From contig JANXEN010000002.1 of NCBI GenBank assembly GCA_025058345.1, forward strand, positions 33,679 to 97,678: a stretch of DNA of 64,000 nucleotides. The letters are read 5' to 3'. Below are positions 18,166-28,011 of the stretch, in pieces; the first letter of the stretch is position 1; every line of letters begins with the position of its first letter. The notes under the pieces were generated by a model. That model was not told the DNA's origin, ran no database searches, and worked only from the letters and a program-made list of their open reading frames with translations. A program made the position numbers and the translations under genes. This DNA comes from Sulfolobales archaeon (GTDB taxonomy: Archaea; Thermoproteota; Thermoprotei_A; Sulfolobales; NBVN01).

Positions 18166-18179
18166 TGGGGGCCACCAAA

Positions 18180-19337
18180 TCAACTCAACGTATTAGTCCT
18201 CATAACAGTTCCTGCCTTAACTCTGGATTTACTCCCTATAAATGAGCCGAACTTCAATGTATTGATCAAGGACTTACTTAATGTTAAGCTCTTAGTACTT
18301 ACTGACTTTCTAATCAGGTCCTTCCTTATATCTGCTGAAGTTATTACACCGCCCTCGACTTCGGCCTCACTCCCAACTACTGATAGGTATATGTAGGAAC
18401 TTCTGCCGATTACAGCCTTAGGTTGGACTGAACTCCAGAAAATCTCTGAGTAAGTGTCAACGTATGTCGACTCCTCTAACGAGCTGTATTTACCTATTAA
18501 CGAGTGGGCATTTACTTCAGCACCACGCCCTATAAACAGAGGGCCTTCAAGCACCGTATAGTGGTCAACTACAACGTCTTCCTCAATTATTAGGGGACCC
18601 TTAACAATAGCGTTCGGCGATATTGACGCCTTAGAAGATATCTTAACCTCATCTAATTCATTTAATATGTAGTAATTAGCTTTAAGTAAATCCCAAGGAA
18701 ATCCTATATCGACCCACCAACCGCTCCAGATAGCGGCTTTCAACACCTTCCTACTAACGTAGTTTTTAATAGCTTCATCAACGTTTGCAAAACCCTCTAA
18801 AGCTTCCACAACCTCATTATCAAGTACTGCTATACCTCCATAAGCGTACGCACCAACTATGTCTGTAGACGGCTTCTCTATGAAGTCAACCACTCTATTT
18901 CCATCCCCTAATGACACAGCGCCATACAACTTAACGTCCTCCTCAGGAACAACTAAGATTACTGGCTTGCCATAAGTTATGTATGCGTTGATAACCATCC
19001 TATAAGCTTCGTAAGGCACTAATGTATCGCCGTAGATTAGGAGAGAAGCCTTACCCACCATATCCCTAGCTGACAATATCGCATCTCTAATACCGCTACC
19101 GACCTGCTTAACTATCTGAACATCTACGACGTCACCGTACTTAAGGGTTACGTCCTCAAAAAGTGGAGGTTGATCTGAAACTAAAACGACTTCCTTCAAA
19201 CCACACAGCAGTAAGTTCTCAATAATCCTCTCTATAACTGACTTACCAACTACGTTAAGCAGAGCTTTCGGCCTACCACCACTAATTGCTTTAACCCCCG
19301 ACCCCACCCCACCAACTAACACTATAGCGCGTTCCAT
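18180..19337 (-). CDS. Bifunctional-type sugar-1-phosphate nucleotidyltransferase with a C-terminal left-handed beta-helix (GlmU/ST0452-like)
   Basis: N-terminal VLVGGVGSGVKAISGGRPKALL NTP-transferase motif and a hexapeptide-repeat C-terminus. Lies directly downstream of glmS. Confidence 0.75.
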   Translation of the reverse strand: MERAIVLVGGVGSGVKAISGGRPKALLNVVGKSVIERIIENLLLCGLKEVVLVSDQPPLFEDVTLKYGDVVDVQIVKQVGSGIRDAILSARDMVGKASLLIYGDTLVPYEAYRMVINAYITYGKPVILVVPEEDVKLYGAVSLGDGNRVVDFIEKPSTDIVGAYAYGGIAVLDNEVVEALEGFANVDEAIKNYVSRKVLKAAIWSGWWVDIGFPWDLLKANYYILNELDEVKISSKASISPNAIVKGPLIIEEDVVVDHYTVLEGPLFIGRGAEVNAHSLIGKYSSLEESTYVDTYSEIFWSSVQPKAVIGRSSYIYLSVVGSEAEVEGGVITSADIRKDLIRKSVSTKSLTLSKSLINTLKFGSFIGSKSRVKAGTVMRTNTLS

Positions 19338-19345
19338 ACCATCAC

Positions 19346-21214
19346 CTAAACAACCGTCACAGTTTTAGCTAAATTCCTTGGTTTATCTGGGTCAAATCCG
19401 CGGGATATAGCAGTATAGTAAGCTAATAATTGATAAGGCGCTATATATACTGCAGGAGCTAACTCATAAGCAACACGATTTAATTCGAAGACGTAGTTAA
19501 AGTGCTTAGAGATCCTCTCAAATCCCTTAGGCATTACTGCCAACGTCCAAGCACCTCTAGCACGCATCTCCTCAACATTACTGAAGATCATATCTACCTC
19601 ATCCCCTAAAATTGTGAAAGCTACTGGGAAACCATCATCGACTAACGCTATGGGTCCATGCTTACTTTCCCCAGCTGGGTATGATTCTGCATGGATGTAA
19701 GAAATCTCCTTCAGTTTCAGTGCACCCTCCATCGACGTAGGTAGACCTAAACCCCTACCTAAGAAATACATGCTGTGCTTCGTGCCTACAATACTTGAAA
19801 GCGCTCTAGCCTTCGGTTCACTGGCTGATATCACTGATGAGAGAGTATTGGGTAATTCACGCAGTTCCGTACTTAACTCAGATAACTTACTCTCAGGAAC
19901 AGTCCTTAGATACTCAGCAAGTTTAACTGCTATAAGTGCTAAGGACACAACCTGGGTTGTGTAGGTCTTCGTAGCAGCTACACCTATTTCAGGCCCAGCC
20001 CTGGTATACATGGCTAGATGGGACTCCCTAGCTAAAGCACTATCTATTATGTTCGTTAACGCAAGAGTTAAGGCACCCCTCTTCTTCACCTCCCGAACAG
20101 CCAGAAGAGTATCTATCGTCTCACCAGATTGGCTTACTGCAATCACAACATCCTCAGAATTAACGCCATTTACAAACCACCTCATCTCTGATGAGATAAT
20201 GGCGTGAGACTTAATATTAGCTAATTCATTAAGTAATAAGCTGCCAATAAACGATGCATGATAGCTGGTTCCAGAACCTACGATCAACACCCTTTCAGCC
20301 TTCGAAAGCAACTTAATAACGTCCCCTAACTCATTCATCAACGAAATTAAAGTATTGCTTACTGCTTGAGGCTGCTCATGGATTTCCTTAAGCATGTAGT
20401 GGGGGTAACCACCCTTCCTAGCCATCTCCGGAGACCAGTCAATATACCTAATCCTCGAAGCGTAGTTGACTACTTCCGCAGTAGCTGGGTTTTTATCGAA
20501 TTCGTAACTCTTATCGACTAGTTTCTCAATAACTACAGAGTCATTAGATAAGTAACCTACTTCATCATCTTGAACCACTATGATGTTTCTACTATATTCA
20601 AGGAATGCAGGTATGTCGCTAGATAAGAACTTAGCTTTATCAGTTAGCCCGATGATTAGCGGTGAGGTGTTACGTGCGAAGAATATTTTACCGGCATCAT
20701 CTAAATCTAATGCTGACAGAGCGTAGGAACCTTTAAGCAGTGATGCAGCCTTCTTAAACGCATCATATGGACTAAAACCTAACTTCTTATACTCCTCGAT
20801 TAGGTGTGCAATTACCTCGGTATCCGTTTCGCTCTTAAATACATGCCCTCTCCTAATAAGGAGGTCCTTTATTTCTAAGTAATTCTCAATGATGCCGTTA
20901 TGAATTACCGCTACTTTCCCAGTACAATCCGTATGTGGATGTGCGTTAGTGTCGCTAGGCCTTCCATGCGTAGCCCACCTCGTATGTCCTATGCCGCAGA
21001 CCCCATCAAACTCATCGAAGGATAGTTTAGAGACGACATCATCGATCTTTCCCTTACTCTTCCTAATAATTAAACCGTTATCTGAGAGTATAGCAAACCC
21101 TACCGAGTCATAACCCCTATATTCTAGATTCTTCAAGCACTCCTTTATCGCTGTCCCTAAAGGCTTAGAGAGCAAACCCTTCTTCTGAAGTAGTATACCT
21201 ATGATGCCGCACAA
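19346..21214 (-). CDS. glmS: Glutamine--fructose-6-phosphate aminotransferase (isomerizing)
   Basis: CGIIGI Ntn-amidotransferase N-terminus, two SIS domains and the C-terminal ...LAKTVTVV. I place the start at TTG 21214, immediately before the Cys codon. The track's GTG at 21223 would leave 3 extra residues. Confidence 0.9.
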   Translation of the reverse strand: MCGIIGILLQKKGLLSKPLGTAIKECLKNLEYRGYDSVGFAILSDNGLIIRKSKGKIDDVVSKLSFDEFDGVCGIGHTRWATHGRPSDTNAHPHTDCTGKVAVIHNGIIENYLEIKDLLIRRGHVFKSETDTEVIAHLIEEYKKLGFSPYDAFKKAASLLKGSYALSALDLDDAGKIFFARNTSPLIIGLTDKAKFLSSDIPAFLEYSRNIIVVQDDEVGYLSNDSVVIEKLVDKSYEFDKNPATAEVVNYASRIRYIDWSPEMARKGGYPHYMLKEIHEQPQAVSNTLISLMNELGDVIKLLSKAERVLIVGSGTSYHASFIGSLLLNELANIKSHAIISSEMRWFVNGVNSEDVVIAVSQSGETIDTLLAVREVKKRGALTLALTNIIDSALARESHLAMYTRAGPEIGVAATKTYTTQVVSLALIAVKLAEYLRTVPESKLSELSTELRELPNTLSSVISASEPKARALSSIVGTKHSMYFLGRGLGLPTSMEGALKLKEISYIHAESYPAGESKHGPIALVDDGFPVAFTILGDEVDMIFSNVEEMRARGAWTLAVMPKGFERISKHFNYVFELNRVAYELAPAVYIAPYQLLAYYTAISRGFDPDKPRNLAKTVTVV

Positions 21215-21507
21215 AGAGGACACCCACCAAAAACTACGTAAGTTAAAGTAACTACGTCGCCATTACTTAACTTGACGTCTAACCCACCACTACTTAATAC
21301 CTTATCATTCACTAATATTAACACATTACCACCTATCTCATCGCCGCTAGGATTAAAGAACTCCTTCCTAAAATCCTCACCGTATCTCCTTTGCAGCTCA
21401 TTAATTAGATCCTTAACTGTTGAGGAGTCCTTCAGCTCTACTTCATCTCTGTCCTTACCTACCACATCTTTAAACTTAAGCAGATACTCAACAGTTACCT
21501 TAATCAT
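21199..21507 (-). CDS. MoaD/ThiS-family ubiquitin-like beta-grasp protein (AOR-associated type), GG followed by a 7-aa tail
   Basis: ~95-aa beta-grasp-like sequence ending ...DVVTLTYVVFGG, then CPLCAAS. It sits immediately downstream of AOR, and its 3' end overlaps the glmS start. Confidence 0.7.
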   Translation of the reverse strand: MIKVTVEYLLKFKDVVGKDRDEVELKDSSTVKDLINELQRRYGEDFRKEFFNPSGDEIGGNVLILVNDKVLSSGGLDVKLSNGDVVTLTYVVFGGCPLCAAS

Positions 21508-21532
21508 ACCGATCTTTCCTTAATTTAGTTCT

Positions 21533-23380
21533 CTACTTAAGTAGTGTAAAATCTAAATCAAGTTCCTTTAGCTTCTCCTCCTTAGGAACACCGCTATCTG
21601 GGTCCCAACCCATGATTTCGTAAAACTTCCTTAACATGGCCTTAAATTCCTTAGGTGATGTGTGAGCACCCTTCGAGGGACCATCAGGTATGGGTTCGTA
21701 GAGCACCCTAAGAGGTGGGTTCTTATCGGCCTTACTATCGAATCCTTCCCTCACCTCTATAACCCTTATTAAGTTCCTAATCCTCTCCGCGATTTTAGTG
21801 ATTTCACTTACCGAAGGTTCCCACCCTGTGACGAACTTGATTATTTTGCTATGGGTCTCTCCTGGTGTCCTCACACCGTAGTAACCACCGAAGAATCTAC
21901 ATGTGATTAAACTCTCCTCCACCATTACCCTTAATGTAGTGTCGCGAATTAACTCAGGTTTACCGTCAATAGAAAACGCCCTCACCTCTACAGGGTTGGC
22001 ATACTCTATGTCGTGAGGTCTAGCATCGTGGTGTGAACCACCTCTCCAACCAACTGAATATCCGAGAGTCCATGCTTTAACAGCCCTAGGTGAGTGACCA
22101 GCTAGTTCTAACCCCTTAAAGTGCATCGCAAAGTACTGTGAACCACAGCCTATGATACTTGAAGCTCTTGCAACACCTTCAGCGAGCAAATTCCCAAGCC
22201 ATCCCTTCCTAAGCCCTATCCTATCAATTAACTCAATCATAGCGTCACCGTTACCGAAGTTAAGTTTAAGCCCATCGCATTCCTCAGCAGTGAGGATACC
22301 TTTCTCATAGGCCTCCATGGCGAAGGCAACAACAACCCCAGCAGATATAGTATCAAGTCCTAACTCATCGCACTTCCTAGCAGCAGCAACTACTGTTGGG
22401 AAGTCATCAACCCCTGTCATAGATCCTAACGAATACAGCGTTTCGTACTCGGGGCCCTTAACCCACATACCAGCATATTTACCTTCACGTATTTGCTGAA
22501 TCTTAGTACAGCCTATTGGGCAGAACGCACATGCAACATCTTTAACCTTATGCTTAGGGATCGTTGTCTGACCGCTTATCCTACTAGCTCCTTCGAACAC
22601 CTCAGATTGCCAGTTCCTAGTACCTAATCCACCTAACTTATTGACCGTCTCCATAACTGCAGTAGTTCCGTACCTAACTAAGAATGGATGATTTCTAGCC
22701 TTCTTTGAGATCTCGATAAAGAATTTCAGAATCTCATCTGGGTAAGCTACCTCAACTCTCCCACTACCACGTACAGCTACGGCCTTCAACTTCTTAAACC
22801 CAAACACCGCTGCGATACCGCCACGTCCAGCTGCACGTATGTCATGAATTACTGCAGATATCCTAACTAAGTTCTCACCAGATGGACCTATACACAATAC
22901 TTGGAACTTCCGATCACCTAGTTCATCCTTTATAGCATCTTGCACCTCATATGCGTTCATACCCCAAATTTTAGATGCACTTCTAAGCTCCACATCACCA
23001 TCATCAATCTTTAAGTAAAGCGGTTCGTCAGACTTACCACTTATTACTACGGCATCATATCCTGCCTCCTTTAACTCCCTGGTAAAGTAACCTCCAAAGT
23101 TAGAGCTGAAGAACCTATTAGTAAGCGGTGATTTAGAGATAATTAATCCCCGACCAGAACCTGGAATTAACGTCCCTTGAACAGGTCCAGTGACTAAGAT
23201 AACTACATTTTCAGAGCTTAAAGGCTCCACATTCCAAGGTACTAAATCGTAGTAGAGTCTAGCACCAAGTCCTAAACCACCTAAATACCCCCTTAAATAA
23301 GATTCAGGCACTTCCTCCTTAATGATACTCCTGGTAGTGAGATTAACCTTAAGCACCCTACGTAAGTAACCATACAACAT
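21533..23380 (-). CDS. aor: Aldehyde:ferredoxin oxidoreductase family (tungstopterin) enzyme
   Basis: 615 aa. N-terminal MLYGYLRRVLKVNLTTRSI..., the AOR-typical [4Fe-4S] Cys region (CAFCPIGC) and ...EYETLYSLGS. Confidence 0.85.
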   Translation of the reverse strand: MLYGYLRRVLKVNLTTRSIIKEEVPESYLRGYLGGLGLGARLYYDLVPWNVEPLSSENVVILVTGPVQGTLIPGSGRGLIISKSPLTNRFFSSNFGGYFTRELKEAGYDAVVISGKSDEPLYLKIDDGDVELRSASKIWGMNAYEVQDAIKDELGDRKFQVLCIGPSGENLVRISAVIHDIRAAGRGGIAAVFGFKKLKAVAVRGSGRVEVAYPDEILKFFIEISKKARNHPFLVRYGTTAVMETVNKLGGLGTRNWQSEVFEGASRISGQTTIPKHKVKDVACAFCPIGCTKIQQIREGKYAGMWVKGPEYETLYSLGSMTGVDDFPTVVAAARKCDELGLDTISAGVVVAFAMEAYEKGILTAEECDGLKLNFGNGDAMIELIDRIGLRKGWLGNLLAEGVARASSIIGCGSQYFAMHFKGLELAGHSPRAVKAWTLGYSVGWRGGSHHDARPHDIEYANPVEVRAFSIDGKPELIRDTTLRVMVEESLITCRFFGGYYGVRTPGETHSKIIKFVTGWEPSVSEITKIAERIRNLIRVIEVREGFDSKADKNPPLRVLYEPIPDGPSKGAHTSPKEFKAMLRKFYEIMGWDPDSGVPKEEKLKELDLDFTLLK

Positions 23381-23548
23381 AAATCAATAACCTTAAATAA
23401 TAGTGGTTACTCCCTTATATTTTTATAATTGAGGTGTTAACTCAAATTAACTTACTGAGCGATTTCCTATATGGAATTATCGCCACGATGGTGTCGCGTG
23501 CGAAAGAACTTTAAAGGCTCTTGAGTAGTAGTATGGGAGGTGTAAGTT

Positions 23549-23941
23549 ATGAGTACAACGTATGCAGAGTTAGGGGAGTTACGTGAAGGGAGTTACATAG
23601 TGATAGATGGGGAGCCATGCCGTATCGTCGAAGTTAGTAGAGCTAAAACAGGCAAGCATGGAAGTGCTAAAGCACATGTAGTCGCTATAGGTATATTTAG
23701 TGGTGGTAAGAAAACTGTAGTCGCCCCCGTAGATCAGAAAGTTGAAGTGCCTATAATCGATAAGAGACCTGCCCAAGTTATTGCAGTCACCGGCAACACC
23801 GTCCAGCTAATGGATTTAGAAAACTACGAGACTTTCGAGACTGAGTTACCGGCTGGGGATTTAGCTGGTAAGTTAGCTCCAGGAGTTGAGGTTGAGTACT
23901 GGAGCATTATGGGTAGAAGAAAGATAATGAGAACTAAGTGA
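23549..23941 (+). CDS. eif5a: Translation initiation factor 5A (aIF5A)
   Basis: [16 protein letters not shown] hypusine loop. 130 aa. Confidence 0.95.
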   Translation: MSTTYAELGELREGSYIVIDGEPCRIVEVSRAKTGKHGSAKAHVVAIGIFSGGKKTVVAPVDQKVEVPIIDKRPAQVIAVTGNTVQLMDLENYETFETELPAGDLAGKLAPGVEVEYWSIMGRRKIMRTK

Positions 23942-23946
23942 ATTTG

Positions 23947-25296
23947 ATGATAGGCTTAGAGTCGATTAAAAGCTTAGTCACTTCTTTCTTAAAGGGTGGA
24001 GAATCTTATGAAAAGAGCGTTGATGAGTTTATTAAAGAGCTTCAGAAGGTTCTAATCAAAGCGGACCTAAACGTCAAGGTAGTTTTCGAACTCACTAAGG
24101 GCATCCGCGATGAGGCCCTAAAGTCTGAACCCCCTTCCGGAGTGCTAAGGCGTGAATGGTTTATTAAAATCGTTTACGATAAGTTCGTTGAGTTATTCGG
24201 CGGTGAGGGAGAGGCACAGGTAACGCCTAGTAAGACACCATACACGATAATGTTGGTCGGTGTTCAAGGCTCTGGTAAGACCACCACTGCCGGTAAGCTA
24301 GCACTGTATTACAAGAGGTTAGGTTTTAGACCTGGCTTAATAACTACTGACACCTATAGACCTGCTGCTTACGAGCAACTACTTCAGATAGGGTTAAGTA
24401 TCGGAATTCCTTTCTACGGTGATAAAACAGCTAATAACCCAGTTGCGATCGCAACTCAAGGTACTGCTAAGCTAATCAACGAATTCAAATGTAATGTAAT
24501 TATAGTAGATACTGCTGGGAGGCATGGATATGGTAGTGAGGAGAAGTTACTTGAGGAGATGAAGGAGTTAGCTGAAGCTATAAGACCTGATGAAGTCTTA
24601 CTGGTTGTAGACGCATATATAGGTCAAAAGGCTTACGACTTAGCTAAGAAGTTCCATGAGTACACCCCCATAGGCTCTATAATAATCACTAAGTTAGACG
24701 GTACTGCGAAGGGAGGCGGCGCTATATCTGCTGTCGTAGCTACAGGGGCTAAGATAAAATTCGTATGCGACGGTGAAAAGTTAGAAGATATAGAGGTCTT
24801 CAACCCTAAGAAATTCGTCAGTAAGCTATTAGGTTTAGGGGACCTTGAGGCATTATTGAAGAAGTTTGAGGTGCTGGAGGAGAGTAAGGAAGTAGAGAAG
24901 CGCATAGAGAGAATGATAACTACCGGTAAGATCAGCTTGAAGGACGTTTACCTACAGTTACAGTCCCTCAGGAAATTAGGCCCGCTGAGGAAGGTTTTAG
25001 AGATGATTCCAGGCCTCTCTCTAATGCCGACATTATCTGATGACCAGATAAAGCTCTCCGAAAGTAAGATTAAGAAGTGGATAAACATCATTGAATCCAT
25101 GACTTATGAGGAGTTAGAGGACCCCTCCATCATAGATAGGAGAAGGATGAGAAGAATAGCTATGGGTTCAGGAACTTCGGTCAGCGATGTTGAAGAACTC
25201 ATTAAGTATTACGAACAATTGAAACGTTTGATTAAGGATTTGAGGAGGAAGAAAGGACTTCTAAGTAAGTTAGGGGCTGAAGGATTAAGGATATGA
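23947..25296 (+). CDS. srp54: Signal recognition particle protein SRP54
   Basis: GVQGSGKTTT, DTAGRH and TKLDG GTPase motifs, plus a Met/Lys/Arg-rich M domain. The ATG at 23947 is preferred; the track's GTG at 23938 is possible. Confidence 0.93.
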   Translation: MIGLESIKSLVTSFLKGGESYEKSVDEFIKELQKVLIKADLNVKVVFELTKGIRDEALKSEPPSGVLRREWFIKIVYDKFVELFGGEGEAQVTPSKTPYTIMLVGVQGSGKTTTAGKLALYYKRLGFRPGLITTDTYRPAAYEQLLQIGLSIGIPFYGDKTANNPVAIATQGTAKLINEFKCNVIIVDTAGRHGYGSEEKLLEEMKELAEAIRPDEVLLVVDAYIGQKAYDLAKKFHEYTPIGSIIITKLDGTAKGGGAISAVVATGAKIKFVCDGEKLEDIEVFNPKKFVSKLLGLGDLEALLKKFEVLEESKEVEKRIERMITTGKISLKDVYLQLQSLRKLGPLRKVLEMIPGLSLMPTLSDDQIKLSESKIKKWINIIESMTYEELEDPSIIDRRRMRRIAMGSGTSVSDVEELIKYYEQLKRLIKDLRRKKGLLSKLGAEGLRI

Positions 25297-26579
25297 ACTC
25301 CTTAGGTAGTGAAATAATTTCTAAGTCAATCAATATACTTCGTAAATACCCTCTCTGTAGCAGGTGCTTAGGTAGACTGTTCGCGAAGTACGGCTTAGGT
25401 GTAAGTAACGTCACTAGAGGCAATGCGATAAAGACCTTAGCGTTAATGGAACTACATAGGCTAGTTATGAGTGACATTAAGAACTTAACTTTATTGAAGG
25501 ATGTTTCCGATAATGTGGGAATCATGCCGCAACTCGTAAGTAAGTACTCAGGCGTCAGCACATCAAAACATAAATGCTACATATGTTCTAGCAGGATTGA
25601 AGACATCATAGTTGAACTCTTAGATAGAGTTATCTCTGAATTCAGTAAGTTTAAAGTTAATACCTTCGTAGTTAGCATTCGTAAAGGTTCTGAAATAGAG
25701 AAGAGGGAATTAGAATTAATATCTGAGTTTAACTTAGATTCTTGGGAAAGCATTAGGAGGGAATTAAAGCGGGAGTTAGGGAAGAAGGTTAAATCGCTGT
25801 TAGGTATTGAGCCCGACTTCAAACATCCTGAGGCATTAGTTTCTGTAGACCTCGATACCTTAAATGTGAAGGTAGTTACAACACCCACCTACATTTTATG
25901 CAGGTATGTAAAGTTAGGTAGAAAATCCCCGCAATCGGGATGGGTTTCTAATAGTGAGGCTGGAAAACCTCCATTAACTATTGAGGAAGTCCTTAATCCG
26001 ATCACTAAGCCATTTAATGCAGAAGAATTTGAAATCCATTCATTAGGTAAGGAAGATTACGATGTCAGGGTACTTGGTAACGGTAGACCGACGATCGTAG
26101 AGCTAAGGAAAGTTAAGGATAAGTCAGTAAACCTTAACGAGGTGGGAAAGAGCGTGTTACCTAATGAGTATATACGGGTGCTATTTGATAAATACATAGA
26201 ACGCAAGAACTTACGCACCATAAAATCTAGGAAGTCTTTAAAAATCTACAGGTTGTTAATTCTGTCTAAGAATCCCTTAAAAGTTGATGATGTTGAGAAA
26301 TTGATGAATGAGTTCTCAGATAGGATTGTAAGGCAGAGAACCCCCACACGAATTCTTAGGAGGAGGAAGGATATGGAAGTTACTAAGAAGGTTTACGATG
26401 TTAAAGTTAGATTGATTGATGATTACATATTAGAGATGCTGATAAAGTGTGATGGAGGTCTATATGTTAAGGAACTAGTTCATGGCGATTATGGAAGGAC
26501 ATCCCCTAGTTTCTCTGAGATATTGAATTCGGAGTTAATTGTTTTGGAGGTCGACTTAATTCACATCTTTCAAACGTAG
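25293..26579 (+). CDS. pus10: tRNA pseudouridine(54/55) synthase Pus10
   Basis: N-terminal Zn motifs (CSRCLGR, CYICS), a THUMP-like middle region and a C-terminal pseudouridine-synthase core with ...CDGGLYVKELVHGD. ATGA overlap with srp54. Confidence 0.8.
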   Translation: MNSLGSEIISKSINILRKYPLCSRCLGRLFAKYGLGVSNVTRGNAIKTLALMELHRLVMSDIKNLTLLKDVSDNVGIMPQLVSKYSGVSTSKHKCYICSSRIEDIIVELLDRVISEFSKFKVNTFVVSIRKGSEIEKRELELISEFNLDSWESIRRELKRELGKKVKSLLGIEPDFKHPEALVSVDLDTLNVKVVTTPTYILCRYVKLGRKSPQSGWVSNSEAGKPPLTIEEVLNPITKPFNAEEFEIHSLGKEDYDVRVLGNGRPTIVELRKVKDKSVNLNEVGKSVLPNEYIRVLFDKYIERKNLRTIKSRKSLKIYRLLILSKNPLKVDDVEKLMNEFSDRIVRQRTPTRILRRRKDMEVTKKVYDVKVRLIDDYILEMLIKCDGGLYVKELVHGDYGRTSPSFSEILNSELIVLEVDLIHIFQT

Positions 26580-26658
26580 TTAGCTGCTACTCTAAACGAT
26601 GGTGTAGGAATCTATATAAGTTTTAAATGTAGAAGTATTTTGGTACTCGGTGGCAACA

Positions 26659-26961
26659 ATGGTTAAAGCATCTCAGGGTCTTAGACATAAGACGAGAACA
26701 CTATTAAAGAAAGACGTAAGGGAGAGAGGTGGTGTGCCACCTTTAAGCATTCTTATGATAGATTATAAAGTCGGCGATAAAGTTAGCGTGGTGCCAAACC
26801 CTGCTATCCATTCAGGTATGCCCCACAGAAGGTTTTTCGGTAAGATAGGTACTATTGTTGGGAGATGTGGAAGGGCTTATACGGTCGAATTATTCTTAGG
26901 CGGTAAGAAGAAATTACTGTACGTTATGCCTGAGCATTTAAGACCTCATAAACAATCTTAG
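26659..26961 (+). CDS. rpl21e: 50S ribosomal protein L21e
   Basis: MVKASQGLRHKTRTLLKK... The track's GTG at 26650 lies 3 codons upstream. Confidence 0.93.
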   Translation: MVKASQGLRHKTRTLLKKDVRERGGVPPLSILMIDYKVGDKVSVVPNPAIHSGMPHRRFFGKIGTIVGRCGRAYTVELFLGGKKKLLYVMPEHLRPHKQS

Positions 26962-26971
26962 TGGGTTTCCT

Positions 26972-27295
26972 ATGGAATTACTGACGTACCGGCATTTGAC
27001 GTATTCTGAAGTAGTTGAAATTCTTAGAAAATTAATGGAGTCTAAAGAATTTAGCCATATGGTTTCTAGGGTTTACGAATACGCATCTAAGATGGTTAAA
27101 TGCGTTGATGGTGCTAAAGTTGTTGAAGAGCTCGTTAAATTGGGTTTGAAGGAAATAACCGCAGTAATGCTAGTTAATAATTGTCCAAATTCAGTAGATG
27201 AGATATTAACACTACTTAACTTTGAGGGCAGGACTTCCGAGCAGGAGGAATTAAATAAGATTTCAGAAATTTTAAAAAGTTGCTGCACGCATTAA
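26972..27295 (+). CDS. rpoF: DNA-directed RNA polymerase subunit Rpo4/F
   Basis: ~107 aa helical protein at the conserved position between L21e and DUF655. Contains ...LKEITAVMLVNNCPNSVDEILTLL (HRDC-like). Confidence 0.7.
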   Translation: MELLTYRHLTYSEVVEILRKLMESKEFSHMVSRVYEYASKMVKCVDGAKVVEELVKLGLKEITAVMLVNNCPNSVDEILTLLNFEGRTSEQEELNKISEILKSCCTH

Positions 27296-27322
27296 TTCAT
27301 AAAATACCTTGGTGTAATTATT

Positions 27323-27991
27323 TTGAGTCTACATAAGCCTAGGGAATTTGATAGAAGGGTTTTTAAGGAGGACTACGCCTTAGTGCTTGATTTCCTACCT
27401 AACGGTAATCCAGTAGACATGCATCACCCATCCCATAGGGTTAAACCGATAGCACAGGCTATAGGTGATAAGTACTTCACTTTATTGGAATTCCATCCAA
27501 AACCTAAGGTATACTTACTTCAGGGTGAGAGGGTATTAGTCAGTTTCTCTAAGAAGGAGCTAAGGGATAAGGTTGATTACGTCTGGGGAGGGGTTGTGAC
27601 GTATAACGACTTAACATCAGTATCTAAGAGTTACCTCCCAGAAGCTATTAGGAAAATAATCATGGATAAAGAGTGGGTCTTCATAGAATTCTTTAACGTT
27701 GCAGAGCCTGTAACATTGAAGCTTCATTCCCTCGAACTACTACCTGGCATAGGTAAGAAGTCGATGTGGCTGATTCTGGAGGAAAGGAAGAAAAAGCAGT
27801 TTGAGTCTTTTGAAGAATTACAACAAAGAACTAAGATAGTGGACCCGGTTAAACTAATCATCGATAGGATCTTAATTGAAATTCAAGGTCGTGATCGATA
27901 CTATCTATTTCTAGAACCCCCTTCAGACTCTGTAGGCGTCATATACATAAATTACCTTAAGAAGCTATATGATAAATTCTTAATCACGTAA
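27323..27991 (+). CDS. DUF655/COG1491-type putative RNA-binding protein (HhH)
   Basis: EDYALVLDFLPNGNP N-terminal OB-like motif and LELLPGIGKKSMWLILEER helix-hairpin-helix. Conserved L21e-RpoF-DUF655 gene order. Confidence 0.75.
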   Translation: MSLHKPREFDRRVFKEDYALVLDFLPNGNPVDMHHPSHRVKPIAQAIGDKYFTLLEFHPKPKVYLLQGERVLVSFSKKELRDKVDYVWGGVVTYNDLTSVSKSYLPEAIRKIIMDKEWVFIEFFNVAEPVTLKLHSLELLPGIGKKSMWLILEERKKKQFESFEELQQRTKIVDPVKLIIDRILIEIQGRDRYYLFLEPPSDSVGVIYINYLKKLYDKFLIT

Positions 27992-28011
27992 CTAGGCTTA
28001 AGGTCTTTGAG

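Noticed and set aside
18166-18177. TGGGGGCCACCA read as the duplicated 3' end of a tRNA, marking an integrated element
   Set aside because: No integrase, direct repeat partner or foreign-looking genes flank it. The matching GGCCCCC lies immediately 5' of the same tRNA, which favours a leader/trailer helix (reported as a finding).
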